Assembly: GCA_030432695.1 (NCBI GenBank)
Contig: JAUILN010000010.1
Span: 114,910-178,909, forward strand
DNA: 64,000 bases
Reading direction: 5' to 3'
Source: a bacterium
Lineage (GTDB): Bacteria; Planctomycetota; UBA1135; UBA2386
The position numbers were made by a program, and so were the translations under genes. This document shows positions 1 to 8,340 of this stretch, in pieces; within the stretch, counting starts at the first letter, position 1, and each line of letters opens with the position of its first letter. The notes under the pieces were generated by a model that saw only the letters and a program-made list of their open reading frames with translations, was not told the DNA's origin and did not search any database.

Positions 1-242
1 ACTTCCCGAACATCAAGGCCTACTGGATCATGCTGACCGCCGAGAGCGCCCAGACCGCCCTGTCGTTCGGCGCCAACGACATCGACGGCACGGTGACCGA
101 GGAGAAGATCACCCACGACGCCGGCACCACCGCACCCGAGCGGATGAACATCGAGGACCTGCAGAACCTCATCCGCGAGGCCGGCTACACCCCCGTCCAG
201 CGCACCACCACCTACGAAGAACTCGAGGCGGTGGGGGGTTAA
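1..242 (+). CDS. 3' end of futalosine-pathway radical SAM enzyme (MqnC/MqnE family, cyclic dehypoxanthinyl futalosine or aminofutalosine synthase); partial, starts upstream of window
   Basis: Frame 3 reads ...FPNIKAYWIMLTAESAQTALSFGANDIDGTV(T)EEKITHDAGT...NLIREAGYTPVQRTTTYEE, typical C-terminus of MqnC/MqnE. High GC3. Stop TAA at 240-242. Confidence 0.65.
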   Translation, partial: FPNIKAYWIMLTAESAQTALSFGANDIDGTVTEEKITHDAGTTAPERMNIEDLQNLIREAGYTPVQRTTTYEELEAVGG

Positions 243-272
243 CAACTCGACCCGGCCGGGTTGTGAACCCCC
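233..272. repeat. REP-like imperfect palindrome (left arm of REPtron); inverted copy of 1282-1320
   Basis: GGGGGGTTAACAACTCGACCCGGCCGGGTTGTGAACCCCC contains the central perfect palindrome CCCGGCCGGG and is ~93% identical to the reverse complement of 1282-1320. Its GTTAAC core supplies stop codons for both convergent genes. Confidence 0.6.
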
Positions 273-1240
273 TCTGCCTCGTCGACGAGAACCCGCTCCG
301 CGAACGCGGCGCACCAGGCCGAGTAGGCGGCGTCCACCTCGATGCGGACGCAGTGGCGCTTCCAGAGCGCATGGGCTCGCTCGGCCGAGATTCCCAGGCA
401 GAGGCCCACGCCGCGAAACGTCTGACCCGTGAGCGAGCGGAGCATTCCGACTAGCACGCAGCGGGACACGACCTCGTCCACATGGACGGCCAGTGGAAGC
501 GCCGCCTCATCCACCTCTCGCCACGCCTCCAGCAATAGCTCCGGCGGGATGAGTCGAGATCCCCGCGTGGCGTCACCGTCCGCCAACCTCGCACGGCGAC
601 GTAACCACCGTTCCGCGCCATCCGCAACGATGGCCCTGGCCCGGACTCCTGCCGCGATCGGCGTCCGATCCCAGAGGCTGTACTCGATGGAGTCGGACTG
701 GCGACCGGTCGGCCTGAAGAGCCGCGAGTATGGCCCCTCGTCGAGATCGCCATCCGGCAGCAGGCTGCGGATCCAATCCGAGCTGAGCCACTTCGGCGGC
801 CCGGCGACGAACCGCCGGGCGCTCCCATGTGGATACTGCACCGGACGATCACAGAGCCTTGCCTGCACCGGATTCCAATCGATGTAGCCGACGAGAACCC
901 GCCGATAGACCCGATCCCCGACGGAGTTCGAGAAGAACCCGTTCCGCACCAGCGGACCGTCCCGATCGTGAAGCTGGTTGAACGCCTGCACGTAGCGCGA
1001 CTGGATCCAGGCAAGCGAGTCGCTGATCCCGCGGGCTCGGGTTCTCACCAGCAGATGGAAGTGCGTGCGGAGGATCGCGAAGGCGTGAACCTCGAGCCAT
1101 CCGCGCCTGACGGCTCGCGCGACCAAGGAGAGGAACATGCGGATCTCGTGATCCGACTCGAAGAAGGGGCGGCGGCCCACCGCGCGATTCATCACGTGGT
1201 GCCAGGCCCCGGGATGGTCCCGACGATCGATCTTGGGCAT
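239..1240 (-). mobile_element. REP-associated tyrosine transposase (RayT / TnpA_REP, IS200-like HUH Y1 family) with ~190-aa C-terminal extension
   Basis: HUH motif THFHLLV and catalytic Tyr context GYIDWNPVQARL (compare RayT YIYINPVKHG). The N-terminal ~140 aa match the Y1 transposase fold. Flanked by inverted REP-like hairpins. Confidence 0.7.
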
Positions 1241-1281
1241 GCGGTCCGGTGCCCCGGCGCAGCCGCTCGGTCACGGTGCAT

Positions 1282-1320
1282 GGGGTTAACAACTCGGCCG
1301 GGTCGAGTTGTTAACCCCCC
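1282..1320. repeat. REP-like perfect hairpin (right arm of REPtron)
   Basis: GGGGTTAACAACTCG-GCCGGGT-CGAGTTGTTAACCCC: 15-bp perfect stem, 7-nt loop. Inverted copy of 233-272. Confidence 0.6.
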
Positions 1321-1450
1321 ATGACGGGTGGGAAAGGTCGGTGCGACCGGCGGAAAAGGGCTGGCCTCCCGAATTTCACTTTCCGTATAGTCGAGGAGTT
1401 CGGCCCGGCCTCGCTGCTCTCGAGGGCGGGCCGATTCGCTCGTTCCTTGG

Positions 1451-3403
1451 ATGCCAAGCGGATATCGCCCCATGCACCACGCCCCTGCTCTCTCCCTCTC
1501 CCTCCTCGCGGCCGCGACGCTGAGCGCGGCCCTCGGCGCGCAGGACGCGCTGCCTTCGATCGAGGTGAAGCCGATGCGTGACGTCACGCAGTTGCCGGCC
1601 CAGTCCTCGACCCGGGTCATCGTGAAGTTCGAGGCCCATGTCGACACCGCCCCGCTGGCGGGTGACCTCGCCGAGCTGCTCGCGCCGCTCGGCGTCCGCC
1701 TGGCCGACCGCGGCTACGCCGGCGCGTTCGAGGTGCTCGAGGTGCCCGCGAACAGCCAGGCGCTGTTCATCGACTGGCTGAACCGCCAGGACGCGGTCGC
1801 CTACGCCGAGCCCGATGGGATGGCCTACGCGTTCGGCAATCCGCCGAACGACACCTACTTCGCCTACCAGTGGCACCTGATGGACCACGGCATGACCAGC
1901 GTCAACGCGGTCAGCAACTTCGGGGTCCAGGCGCCCGAGGCATGGAGCACCGCGAACGGCTCCGGCGCGGTGGTCGCGGTGGTCGACACCGGCGTCGCCT
2001 ACGAGAACTTCGGCGGTTTCGCGCAGGCCCCCGACCTCGCCAACACGTCGTTCACCCCCGGCTACGACTTCGTCAACAACGACACCCACGCCAACGACGA
2101 CGAGGGCCACGGCACGCACGTGACCGGCACCATCGCCCAGTCGACGAACAACAACCTCGGCACGGCAGGCGTCGCCTACGGCGCGACGATCATGCCGGTG
2201 AAGGTGCTCGACAGCAGTGGCTCCGGCGCCATCTCCTGGGTCGCCAGCGGCATCATCTACGCGGCCGACAACGGCGCCGATGTCATCAACCTGAGCCTCG
2301 GCGGCGGCGCCTCGACCACCCTGCAGAGTGCCGTCGACTACGCCTGGAGCCAGGGTGCGGTGGTCGTCGCGGCCACCGGCAACAGCGGCGCCAGCAGCAT
2401 CAGCTACCCGGCCCGCTACACCAACGCCATCGCCGTCGGCGCGACCGACTTCGCCGGCAACCGCTCCTACTACTCCCAGTACGGCACCGGCATCGACGTC
2501 ACCGCACCCGGCGGCGACGTCACCGCCGACCTCAACGGCGACGGCTACGGCGACGGCGTGCTGCAGCAGACGATCGGCACCAGCGTCACCAGCTTCGGCT
2601 ACTACTTCTACCAGGGCACCTCGATGGCCACGCCGCACGCCGCCGGCGTCGCCGCGCTGATCAAGAGCGCCAACCCGAGTCTGAACAACGCCCAGATCCG
2701 CTCGATCCTCGAGTCGACCTGCGTCGACCGCGGGGCCGCTGGCTACGACACGACCTACGGCTACGGAATCGTCGACGCCGCAGCCGCGGTCGCGGCGGCA
2801 GGCGGCGGCGGAGGCGACCCTGCCCCGGGTGCCCCGACCGGCCTCGGCGCCACGGCCGGCGACGGCACCGTGAGCCTCGACTGGAACGACAACTCCGAGT
2901 CCGACCTCGACGGCTACCACGTCTACCGGTCGACCGGCGGCGGCTACACCCGACTGACGAGTTCCCCGATCTCGGCCAGCGCGTACACCGACAACGCGGT
3001 CACCAACGGCACGACCTACACATACGTCGTCACGGCGATCGATAACGCCGGCCAGGAGAGCGCCCAGAGCGGCTCCGCCTCGGCGAGCCCGCAGGGCAGT
3101 GGCGGTGGGGACACCACTCCTCCGGCTACCCCGACCGGCCTCACCGGGAGCAACAGCACGCGTGGAGTCGCCTCGCTCGACTGGAGCGACAACTCCGAGT
3201 CCGACCTCGCCGGCTACAACGTCTATCGGGCAACCAGCCGCAACGGCACCTACTCGCAGATCAACGGCGGCCTGGTGACCTCGAGCGACTACGTCGATTC
3301 CAACGTCAGCCGTCGGGTGCGCTACTACTACAAGGTGACCGCGGTCGACACCTCCGGCAACGAGAGTGGCCAGACCGGCTGGGTCTCGGTCCGCGTCCGC
3401 TGA
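1451..3403 (+). CDS. Secreted subtilisin-like serine peptidase (S8) with two C-terminal fibronectin type III-like domains
   Basis: Signal peptide. Catalytic triad motifs VVDTGV (Asp), HGTHVTGTIA (His), GTSMATPHAAGVAALI (Ser). Two FN3-like repeats (LDWNDNSESDLDGYHVYRS / LDWSDNSESDLAGYNVYRA). Alternative start at 1472. Confidence 0.9.
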   Translation: MPSGYRPMHHAPALSLSLLAAATLSAALGAQDALPSIEVKPMRDVTQLPAQSSTRVIVKFEAHVDTAPLAGDLAELLAPLGVRLADRGYAGAFEVLEVPANSQALFIDWLNRQDAVAYAEPDGMAYAFGNPPNDTYFAYQWHLMDHGMTSVNAVSNFGVQAPEAWSTANGSGAVVAVVDTGVAYENFGGFAQAPDLANTSFTPGYDFVNNDTHANDDEGHGTHVTGTIAQSTNNNLGTAGVAYGATIMPVKVLDSSGSGAISWVASGIIYAADNGADVINLSLGGGASTTLQSAVDYAWSQGAVVVAATGNSGASSISYPARYTNAIAVGATDFAGNRSYYSQYGTGIDVTAPGGDVTADLNGDGYGDGVLQQTIGTSVTSFGYYFYQGTSMATPHAAGVAALIKSANPSLNNAQIRSILESTCVDRGAAGYDTTYGYGIVDAAAAVAAAGGGGGDPAPGAPTGLGATAGDGTVSLDWNDNSESDLDGYHVYRSTGGGYTRLTSSPISASAYTDNAVTNGTTYTYVVTAIDNAGQESAQSGSASASPQGSGGGDTTPPATPTGLTGSNSTRGVASLDWSDNSESDLAGYNVYRATSRNGTYSQINGGLVTSSDYVDSNVSRRVRYYYKVTAVDTSGNESGQTGWVSVRVR

Positions 3404-3407
3404 TCTA

Positions 3408-3452
3408 CTCCTTCCGAGATTCGGCGCGCCCAGCGCAGATTCTCGGAAGGAG
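3408..3452 (+). terminator. Terminator-like hairpin immediately after the subtilase stop
   Basis: ctccttccgagattc-(19 nt)-gattctcggaaggag: ~14-bp stem with one mismatch, 4 nt after the TGA. No T-tract, as is common in high-GC genomes. Confidence 0.4.
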
Positions 3453-3765
3453 TCGATCCAAACAACACCGTCAGCGCGGCCGACTGCCTCGGGGCATGGC
3501 GAGCGCAGCGAGTCGTGCCCCTTCGGTCAAGGCAGGAGGCCGCACAGAGCGACTCCGGAGGAGTCGATCCAAACAACAACGTCAGCGCGGCCGACTGCCT
3601 CGGGGCATGGCGAGCGCAGCGAGTCGTGCCCCTTCGGTCAAGGCAGGAGGCCGCACAGAGCGACTCCGGAGGAGTCGATCCAAACAACAACGTCAGCGCG
3701 GCCGACTGCCTCGGGGCATGGCGAGCGCAGCGAGTCGTGCCCCTTCGGTCAAGGCAGGAGGCCGC
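3450..3765. repeat. Intergenic tandem repeat, 111-bp unit x ~2.9 copies, with nested palindromes
   Basis: The unit gagtcgatccaaacaacaacgtcagcgcggccgactgcctcggggcatggcgagcgcagcgagtcgtgccccttcggtcaaggcaggaggccgcacagagcgactccggag begins at 3450, 3561 and 3672; copy 1 differs by one base (aacaacAcc vs aacaacAAc). Each unit carries the palindrome gactccGGAggagtc and a GGGGCA...TGCCCC stem. Codon third positions are AT-rich in all frames. Confidence 0.85.
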
Positions 3766-3804
3766 GCTGAGCCCGTCGCGATCCTGACGGCTACGCTGGA
3801 ACGC

Positions 3805-5049
3805 GTGACCGGCCTGCGCATCCTCCAACTCCTCGCCCAGCGCCCGGGCCTGACCGGCTCGGGCGCGACCCTCGAAGCACTGACGCGCGAGCTGGAAGGT
3901 CTGGGCCACCGGGTCCACGCCGTCGTCGGTGTCCCCGCCGCGGATGCCCCGCCCCGGATCGCGGAACTCCCGGCCGAGCGCATCCACCCGCTGCGCTTCG
4001 GCCCCGGCGGCGACCTCCCGTTCCCGGTTCCGGGCATGAGCGACGTCATGCCCTACGAATCGACGGTCTTCGCGTCGATGGACGAGGACCAGTGGGCGAG
4101 CTACCGCGAAGCCTGGCGACACCACCTCGCGCGCGTCGTCGCCGACGTCCGACCGGACGTGATCCACTCTCACCACGTGTGGCTGTTGTCCGCACTGGTC
4201 AAGGACGTCGCCCCCGACACCCCTCAGCTGGTCCACTGCCACGCGACCGGCTTGCGTCAGCTCCAGCTCTGCCCTCGTCGTGCGGAAGAGGTCATCAGAG
4301 GAGTGCGCCGGGCCGATGCCTTCGCGACGCTGCAGCAGGAGCATGATGACCGGCTCACGCGCGAACTCGAGATCCCGGAGCACCGCATCCACCGCGTCGG
4401 CGCGGGCTACGACCAGCGGGTCTTCCACGACCGCGGCCGCGCGCCGTCCAAAGGCTCGGTGACCTACGCTGGAAAGATCGCGCTCGCCAAGGGACTGGCC
4501 CCGCTGCTCGACGCGTTCGAGCAGCTGCGCGCGAAGCACCCGAGCGCGCATCTGTTCGTCGCCGGCGGAGGTGCAGGGGCCGAGTCGGACGCCCTCCGCG
4601 CCCGCATCGACGCCGCCCCCTGGGCCACGAAACTCGGACACCTCACGCCCGACCAGCTCGCCGCCCAGCTCCGCACCACCGAGGTCTTCGTCCTGCCCTC
4701 GTTCTACGAGGGCCTGCCACTCGTTCTCGCCGAGGCCCGCGCCTGCGGATGCCGCCTGGTAGCCACCGCACTCCCCTCGATCCAGCAGCTCGCAGCCGCG
4801 TTCGGCGACGCGCTCCGACTGGTCGACCCACCGGAGCGGATCGACGTCGACCGGCCGGCTCCCACCAGCCACTGGACCTTCGTCCGCCGGTTGCAGCAGG
4901 CACTCGACGACTCCCTGTCCCGCCCCGCGGCCCCACCGCCAGACCCGGTATCCGGCCCTCCAGACTGGACTCGCGTGGCCAAACGCATTGCGGGGCTGCA
5001 CGCGAATCTGCTTCGCGAGGGACCCCAGCGAGGGCAAGCCACCGTCTGA
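3805..5049 (+). CDS. Glycosyltransferase family 4 (GT-B fold)
   Basis: N-terminus (M)TGLRILQLLAQRPGLTGSGA...GHRVHAVV matches the GT4 N-terminal pattern, and EGLPLVLAEARACGCRLVAT matches the GT4 catalytic motif. The track ORF starts at 3496 inside the repeat array; I prefer the GTG at 3805 because the repeat-encoded Arg-rich N-terminus has poor GC3. Confidence 0.75.
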   Translation: MTGLRILQLLAQRPGLTGSGATLEALTRELEGLGHRVHAVVGVPAADAPPRIAELPAERIHPLRFGPGGDLPFPVPGMSDVMPYESTVFASMDEDQWASYREAWRHHLARVVADVRPDVIHSHHVWLLSALVKDVAPDTPQLVHCHATGLRQLQLCPRRAEEVIRGVRRADAFATLQQEHDDRLTRELEIPEHRIHRVGAGYDQRVFHDRGRAPSKGSVTYAGKIALAKGLAPLLDAFEQLRAKHPSAHLFVAGGGAGAESDALRARIDAAPWATKLGHLTPDQLAAQLRTTEVFVLPSFYEGLPLVLAEARACGCRLVATALPSIQQLAAAFGDALRLVDPPERIDVDRPAPTSHWTFVRRLQQALDDSLSRPAAPPPDPVSGPPDWTRVAKRIAGLHANLLREGPQRGQATV

Positions 5050-5142
5050 ATCGCTATCCTGGAGCCTTCTCGTCGCGGAAGACCCGGCTGTCCTGCCCTT
5101 CCCACCCTTCCGCTCATCCTCCCCTCCGCAACCTCTCTGTCG

Positions 5143-6879
5143 ATGACCCGATCCCTCAGCGCATTGTGCGCCGTCCTTCTCGCCGCGTCCGTCGCCTCCC
5201 AGGGCATGCCCGGCCCCTGCTGGGAACCGAACCTCGGCACCGGCCTCGCGCTCGGTGACGACGCAGTCTCCCCGGCCCTCCAGCTCGGCTTCCCGTTCCA
5301 GCTGCCGGGCGGCGGCACCACGAACGACATCGAGGTGTCGTCGAACGGATTCATCTACCTGGTGACCGGCTCGAACGGCGGCAACGGCTGCTGTAGCGGC
5401 AACATCGCCACCTTTCTGTCGGGTGTGCCGCGCATCGCCGCAAGCTGGCAGGACCTGAACCCGAACGCCGGTGGTGGTGTCTACTTCAACGCGCTGCCCG
5501 GTAAGGCGGTCATCACCTGGGACCAGGTCCCCGAGTACTCCAGTCAGGGCCAGAACTCCGTCCAGGTGCAGATGTACGCCGACGGCTCGTTCAGCATCGC
5601 GATCCGCGAGTGGACCATGCCCGGCACCCACGACATCCTGGTCGGCGTGACTCCCGGCGGCGGCGTCGCCGACCCGGGCGAGGTCGACTTCACCGGCCCG
5701 AGCCCGGTGCTGAGCCTCAACGACCCGACCGTCTACGAGTTCTACGACAACCCGAACGACTCGCGCGACGTCGCCGGTCGCACCCTCTACTTCCTGCCCT
5801 CGGGCTCGAACGGCTGGGTGGTCTTCGACCAGCCGCAGTGCAGTGCCGCCGGGTTCTCGACCTACGGCACCGGCTGTCCGTTGCGTGGCCCCGTCGCCTA
5901 CGAGTGGTTCGACGTCAACGGCTCGAGCGACTTCCCCGACCTCGCCGCCAACACCGGCGTCGTGTTCACGCGCAACGCCGACGGCACCTACACCACCGGC
6001 CTGTGCCGGAGCAACTGCTTCGAGTCCAACTACCAGGGCCAGTCACTGCCGCTGACCGACGACTCGGTGTCGGCCCCGCTGCCGCTCGGCTTCACGCAGG
6101 ACTTCGCCGGGATACCGAGCGTCTCGCAGATCGTGGTCGCGTCCAACGGCTGGATCCACCTCGACACCACCGCCACGAACAGCCGCTGCTGCAACGGCAA
6201 CGTTCAACAGCTGCTCGACGAGGATCCGGGTCTCGCGCCCTACTGGACCGACCTCAATCCCGCCAGCGGCGGCACCGTGTGGTTCAACGCCCTGCCCGGC
6301 AAGGCGGTCATCACCTGGGATCAGGTTCCCGAGTACGGCGGCGGCAGCCCGCAGACCTTCCAGGCGCAGCTGTTCGCCAACGGCGACATCGTCTACGCCT
6401 ACCAGAGCATCAGCATCGCCACCCACGACGTGCTCGTCGGCCTGTCGGTCGGTGGCGGTGCCGATGATCCGGGCGAGATCGACTTCTCGGTCGGCCAGCC
6501 GTTCACCACCGGCACCTCGGGCACTCCGACCACCCTCGACGTGGTCCCGGGCGCGCTCCCGCAGATCGGTAGCACGCTGCAGGTCGAAGTCGGCTCGATC
6601 CCCAGCACGACCCTGCAGGGCATCCTGTCGTTCGGATTCACCAACCCGAACATCGACCTGACCCTGGCCGGAGCCCCGGGCTGCTGGCTCTACACCTCGA
6701 CCCTGGCGACGCTGCCGTTCAACGCGAACATGCCGACCGCCCAGGTCTCGCTGCCGATCCCGAACAACCCGATGTTCGTCGGCATCGACCTGTTCCTGCA
6801 GGGCGTCATGCTGGTGCCGAGCATCAACAGCCTCAACATCGCGTCGACCAACGGCGGTAACGCGCGCATCGGAACCTGA
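5143..6879 (+). CDS. Secreted protein with an internally duplicated Cys-containing domain plus the shared C-terminal domain
   Basis: Signal peptide. Two paralogous repeats (NGFIYL..GNGCCSGN..NALPGKAVITWDQVPEY and NGWIHLD..SRCCNGN..NALPGKAVITWDQVPEYGG). C-terminus ...GAPGCWLY...LPIPNNPMFVGIDLFLQGV...ARIGT matches the shared domain. Confidence 0.85.
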   Translation: MTRSLSALCAVLLAASVASQGMPGPCWEPNLGTGLALGDDAVSPALQLGFPFQLPGGGTTNDIEVSSNGFIYLVTGSNGGNGCCSGNIATFLSGVPRIAASWQDLNPNAGGGVYFNALPGKAVITWDQVPEYSSQGQNSVQVQMYADGSFSIAIREWTMPGTHDILVGVTPGGGVADPGEVDFTGPSPVLSLNDPTVYEFYDNPNDSRDVAGRTLYFLPSGSNGWVVFDQPQCSAAGFSTYGTGCPLRGPVAYEWFDVNGSSDFPDLAANTGVVFTRNADGTYTTGLCRSNCFESNYQGQSLPLTDDSVSAPLPLGFTQDFAGIPSVSQIVVASNGWIHLDTTATNSRCCNGNVQQLLDEDPGLAPYWTDLNPASGGTVWFNALPGKAVITWDQVPEYGGGSPQTFQAQLFANGDIVYAYQSISIATHDVLVGLSVGGGADDPGEIDFSVGQPFTTGTSGTPTTLDVVPGALPQIGSTLQVEVGSIPSTTLQGILSFGFTNPNIDLTLAGAPGCWLYTSTLATLPFNANMPTAQVSLPIPNNPMFVGIDLFLQGVMLVPSINSLNIASTNGGNARIGT

Positions 6880-6907
6880 TCCGCGATCGGCCGACCGACG
6901 ACGCCGC

Positions 6908-7771
6908 ATGAACGATCCTACCGGGCGCTCGCCCGACGACGAGCCCGAGGACGATCGCTGGTCTCCGGTCGCGGAGGGTTGGGGCCGCTGGGCACCGACC
7001 CTCGACGCCGCGACCGCGGAACTCGACCGCGCGCTGCTCGACACTGCCTGTGTCGGCCGCGGCTCCCACGTGGCCGACCTCGCCTGCGGAACCGGTGAGC
7101 CGGCGTTCGGCGCCGCCCGGCGCGTCGGCCCAGGCGGTCACGTCCTCGCCGTCGACAGCTCCTCGGGCATGCTGCGCGTCGCCCGGATCCGCGCCCGAGC
7201 CCAGGACCTTCCATGGTTGGAGTTCGTCGCGGGCAGCGCCGACGCCATCGCCGAGCGCGGACCGACCCACACCGCGGCACTGTGCCGCTTCGGAGTGATG
7301 CACTTCGACGATCCCCCGCGGGTCCTGGCCACGCTGCGCCAGGGTCTGACCCGAGGCGCACGTGTCGCGTGCGCGGTCTGGGGCACCCGCGCCGAAGTGC
7401 CTTTCCTGCGCCTGCCCCGCGAGGCCGCGCAGCGTCACGGGCTGCTCGACCCCGAGCCGCCAGACGAGGCGTCGGGGCCGTTCCGCTTCGGCGATCCCGC
7501 AGCCGCCAGCGCACTCCTGACCGACGCAGGCTTCGACGAGGTCGGGGTGTCGACGCACAGCGTGCCCCTGCGCTTCCACGGCCCGACCGAGTTCGCCCGC
7601 TTCCTGCTCGACGTCTCGCAGCTGGTCCGTGATGCCGCGCAGCGTGCCGCACCCCAGACCAGGGAGCGCTTCCTCGCCGATCTGGCGGAGACCGCGCTGG
7701 ACCACGCCAGCGCAGACCACGGACTCTGTCTGTCGAACATCGCGCGGATCGTCCACGGGAGAGCGCCTTGA
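6908..7771 (+). CDS. Class I SAM-dependent methyltransferase
   Basis: Motif I VADLACGTGEPA. Good coding bias. Stop overlaps the kefG TTG start (TTGA). Confidence 0.8.
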   Translation: MNDPTGRSPDDEPEDDRWSPVAEGWGRWAPTLDAATAELDRALLDTACVGRGSHVADLACGTGEPAFGAARRVGPGGHVLAVDSSSGMLRVARIRARAQDLPWLEFVAGSADAIAERGPTHTAALCRFGVMHFDDPPRVLATLRQGLTRGARVACAVWGTRAEVPFLRLPREAAQRHGLLDPEPPDEASGPFRFGDPAAASALLTDAGFDEVGVSTHSVPLRFHGPTEFARFLLDVSQLVRDAAQRAAPQTRERFLADLAETALDHASADHGLCLSNIARIVHGRAP

Positions 7772-8340
7772 CCGACAGGTCCTCACCGCAACATCGGACC
7801 CAGGTCCTCTACACGCATCCCGCCCCCGCCAAGTCACGACTCAACGTTGCGCTGCGCAACGCCCTGACCGGGCTGGAGAACGTCACCATCCGCGACCTCT
7901 ACGCCCACTACCCGGACTTCGACATCGACGTCGCCGCCGAGCAACGCGCGCTGCTCGAGCACGACTGCCTGGTGCTCCAGTTCCCGTTCTACTGGTACTC
8001 GAGCCCGGCGCTGCTCAAGCAGTGGCTCGACCTCGTGCTCGAATTCGGCTGGGCCTACGGACCCGGCGCCGACGCCCTGCACGGCAAGCGCGTGATGCTT
8101 GCGGTCACCACCGGCGGCCGCGCCGCCGCCTACCGACCGGACGGCACCAATCGGTTCACGATGACCGAGCTGCTGCGCCCGTTCGAACAGTCGTTCCACC
8201 TCTGCGGAATGCACTGGCTCGAGCCCTTCGTGATCCACGGCAGCCGCGCGGTCACCCACCACGACCTCGAGACCGTCCTGGCACCCGCCTATCGGGCCCG
8301 CGTGGCCGGACTGACCCTCGACGACGGAGTCCACCGTTGA
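7768..8340 (+). CDS. kefG: Glutathione-regulated K+ efflux system ancillary protein KefG-like (NAD(P)H quinone oxidoreductase fold)
   Basis: NVTIRDLYAHYPDFDIDV, LVLQFPFYWYSSPALLKQWLD and RPFEQSFHLCGMHWLEPFVIH align closely with E. coli KefG. TTG start at 7768 is confirmed in the sequence. Confidence 0.8.
   Translation: MTDRSSPQHRTQVLYTHPAPAKSRLNVALRNALTGLENVTIRDLYAHYPDFDIDVAAEQRALLEHDCLVLQFPFYWYSSPALLKQWLDLVLEFGWAYGPGADALHGKRVMLAVTTGGRAAAYRPDGTNRFTMTELLRPFEQSFHLCGMHWLEPFVIHGSRAVTHHDLETVLAPAYRARVAGLTLDDGVHR

Noticed and set aside
1376-2920. 514-aa minus-strand ORF antisense to the subtilase gene
   Set aside because: Gly/Ala/Arg/Val-rich low-complexity translation typical of the antisense frame in a 70% GC gene. 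The sense strand has a complete S8 catalytic triad.
3450-3765. Possible CRISPR array
   Set aside because: The whole 111-bp unit repeats head-to-tail with no unique spacers. There are no cas genes nearby.
3496-3804. Arg-rich triple-repeat N-terminal extension of the glycosyltransferase ORF
   Set aside because: Third-codon positions are AT-rich, unlike all confident genes here. The GT4 N-terminal consensus begins at 3805.
3328-5631. 767-aa minus-strand ORF spanning the repeat array and the GT4 gene
   Set aside because: Antisense to a well-supported GT4 gene. Its N-terminal part merely translates the 111-bp repeats.
7629-8336. Upstream extension of the kefB ORF in the track (856 aa)
   Set aside because: Overlaps the methyltransferase and kefG in another frame. 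The KefB homology begins at the TTG at 8337.
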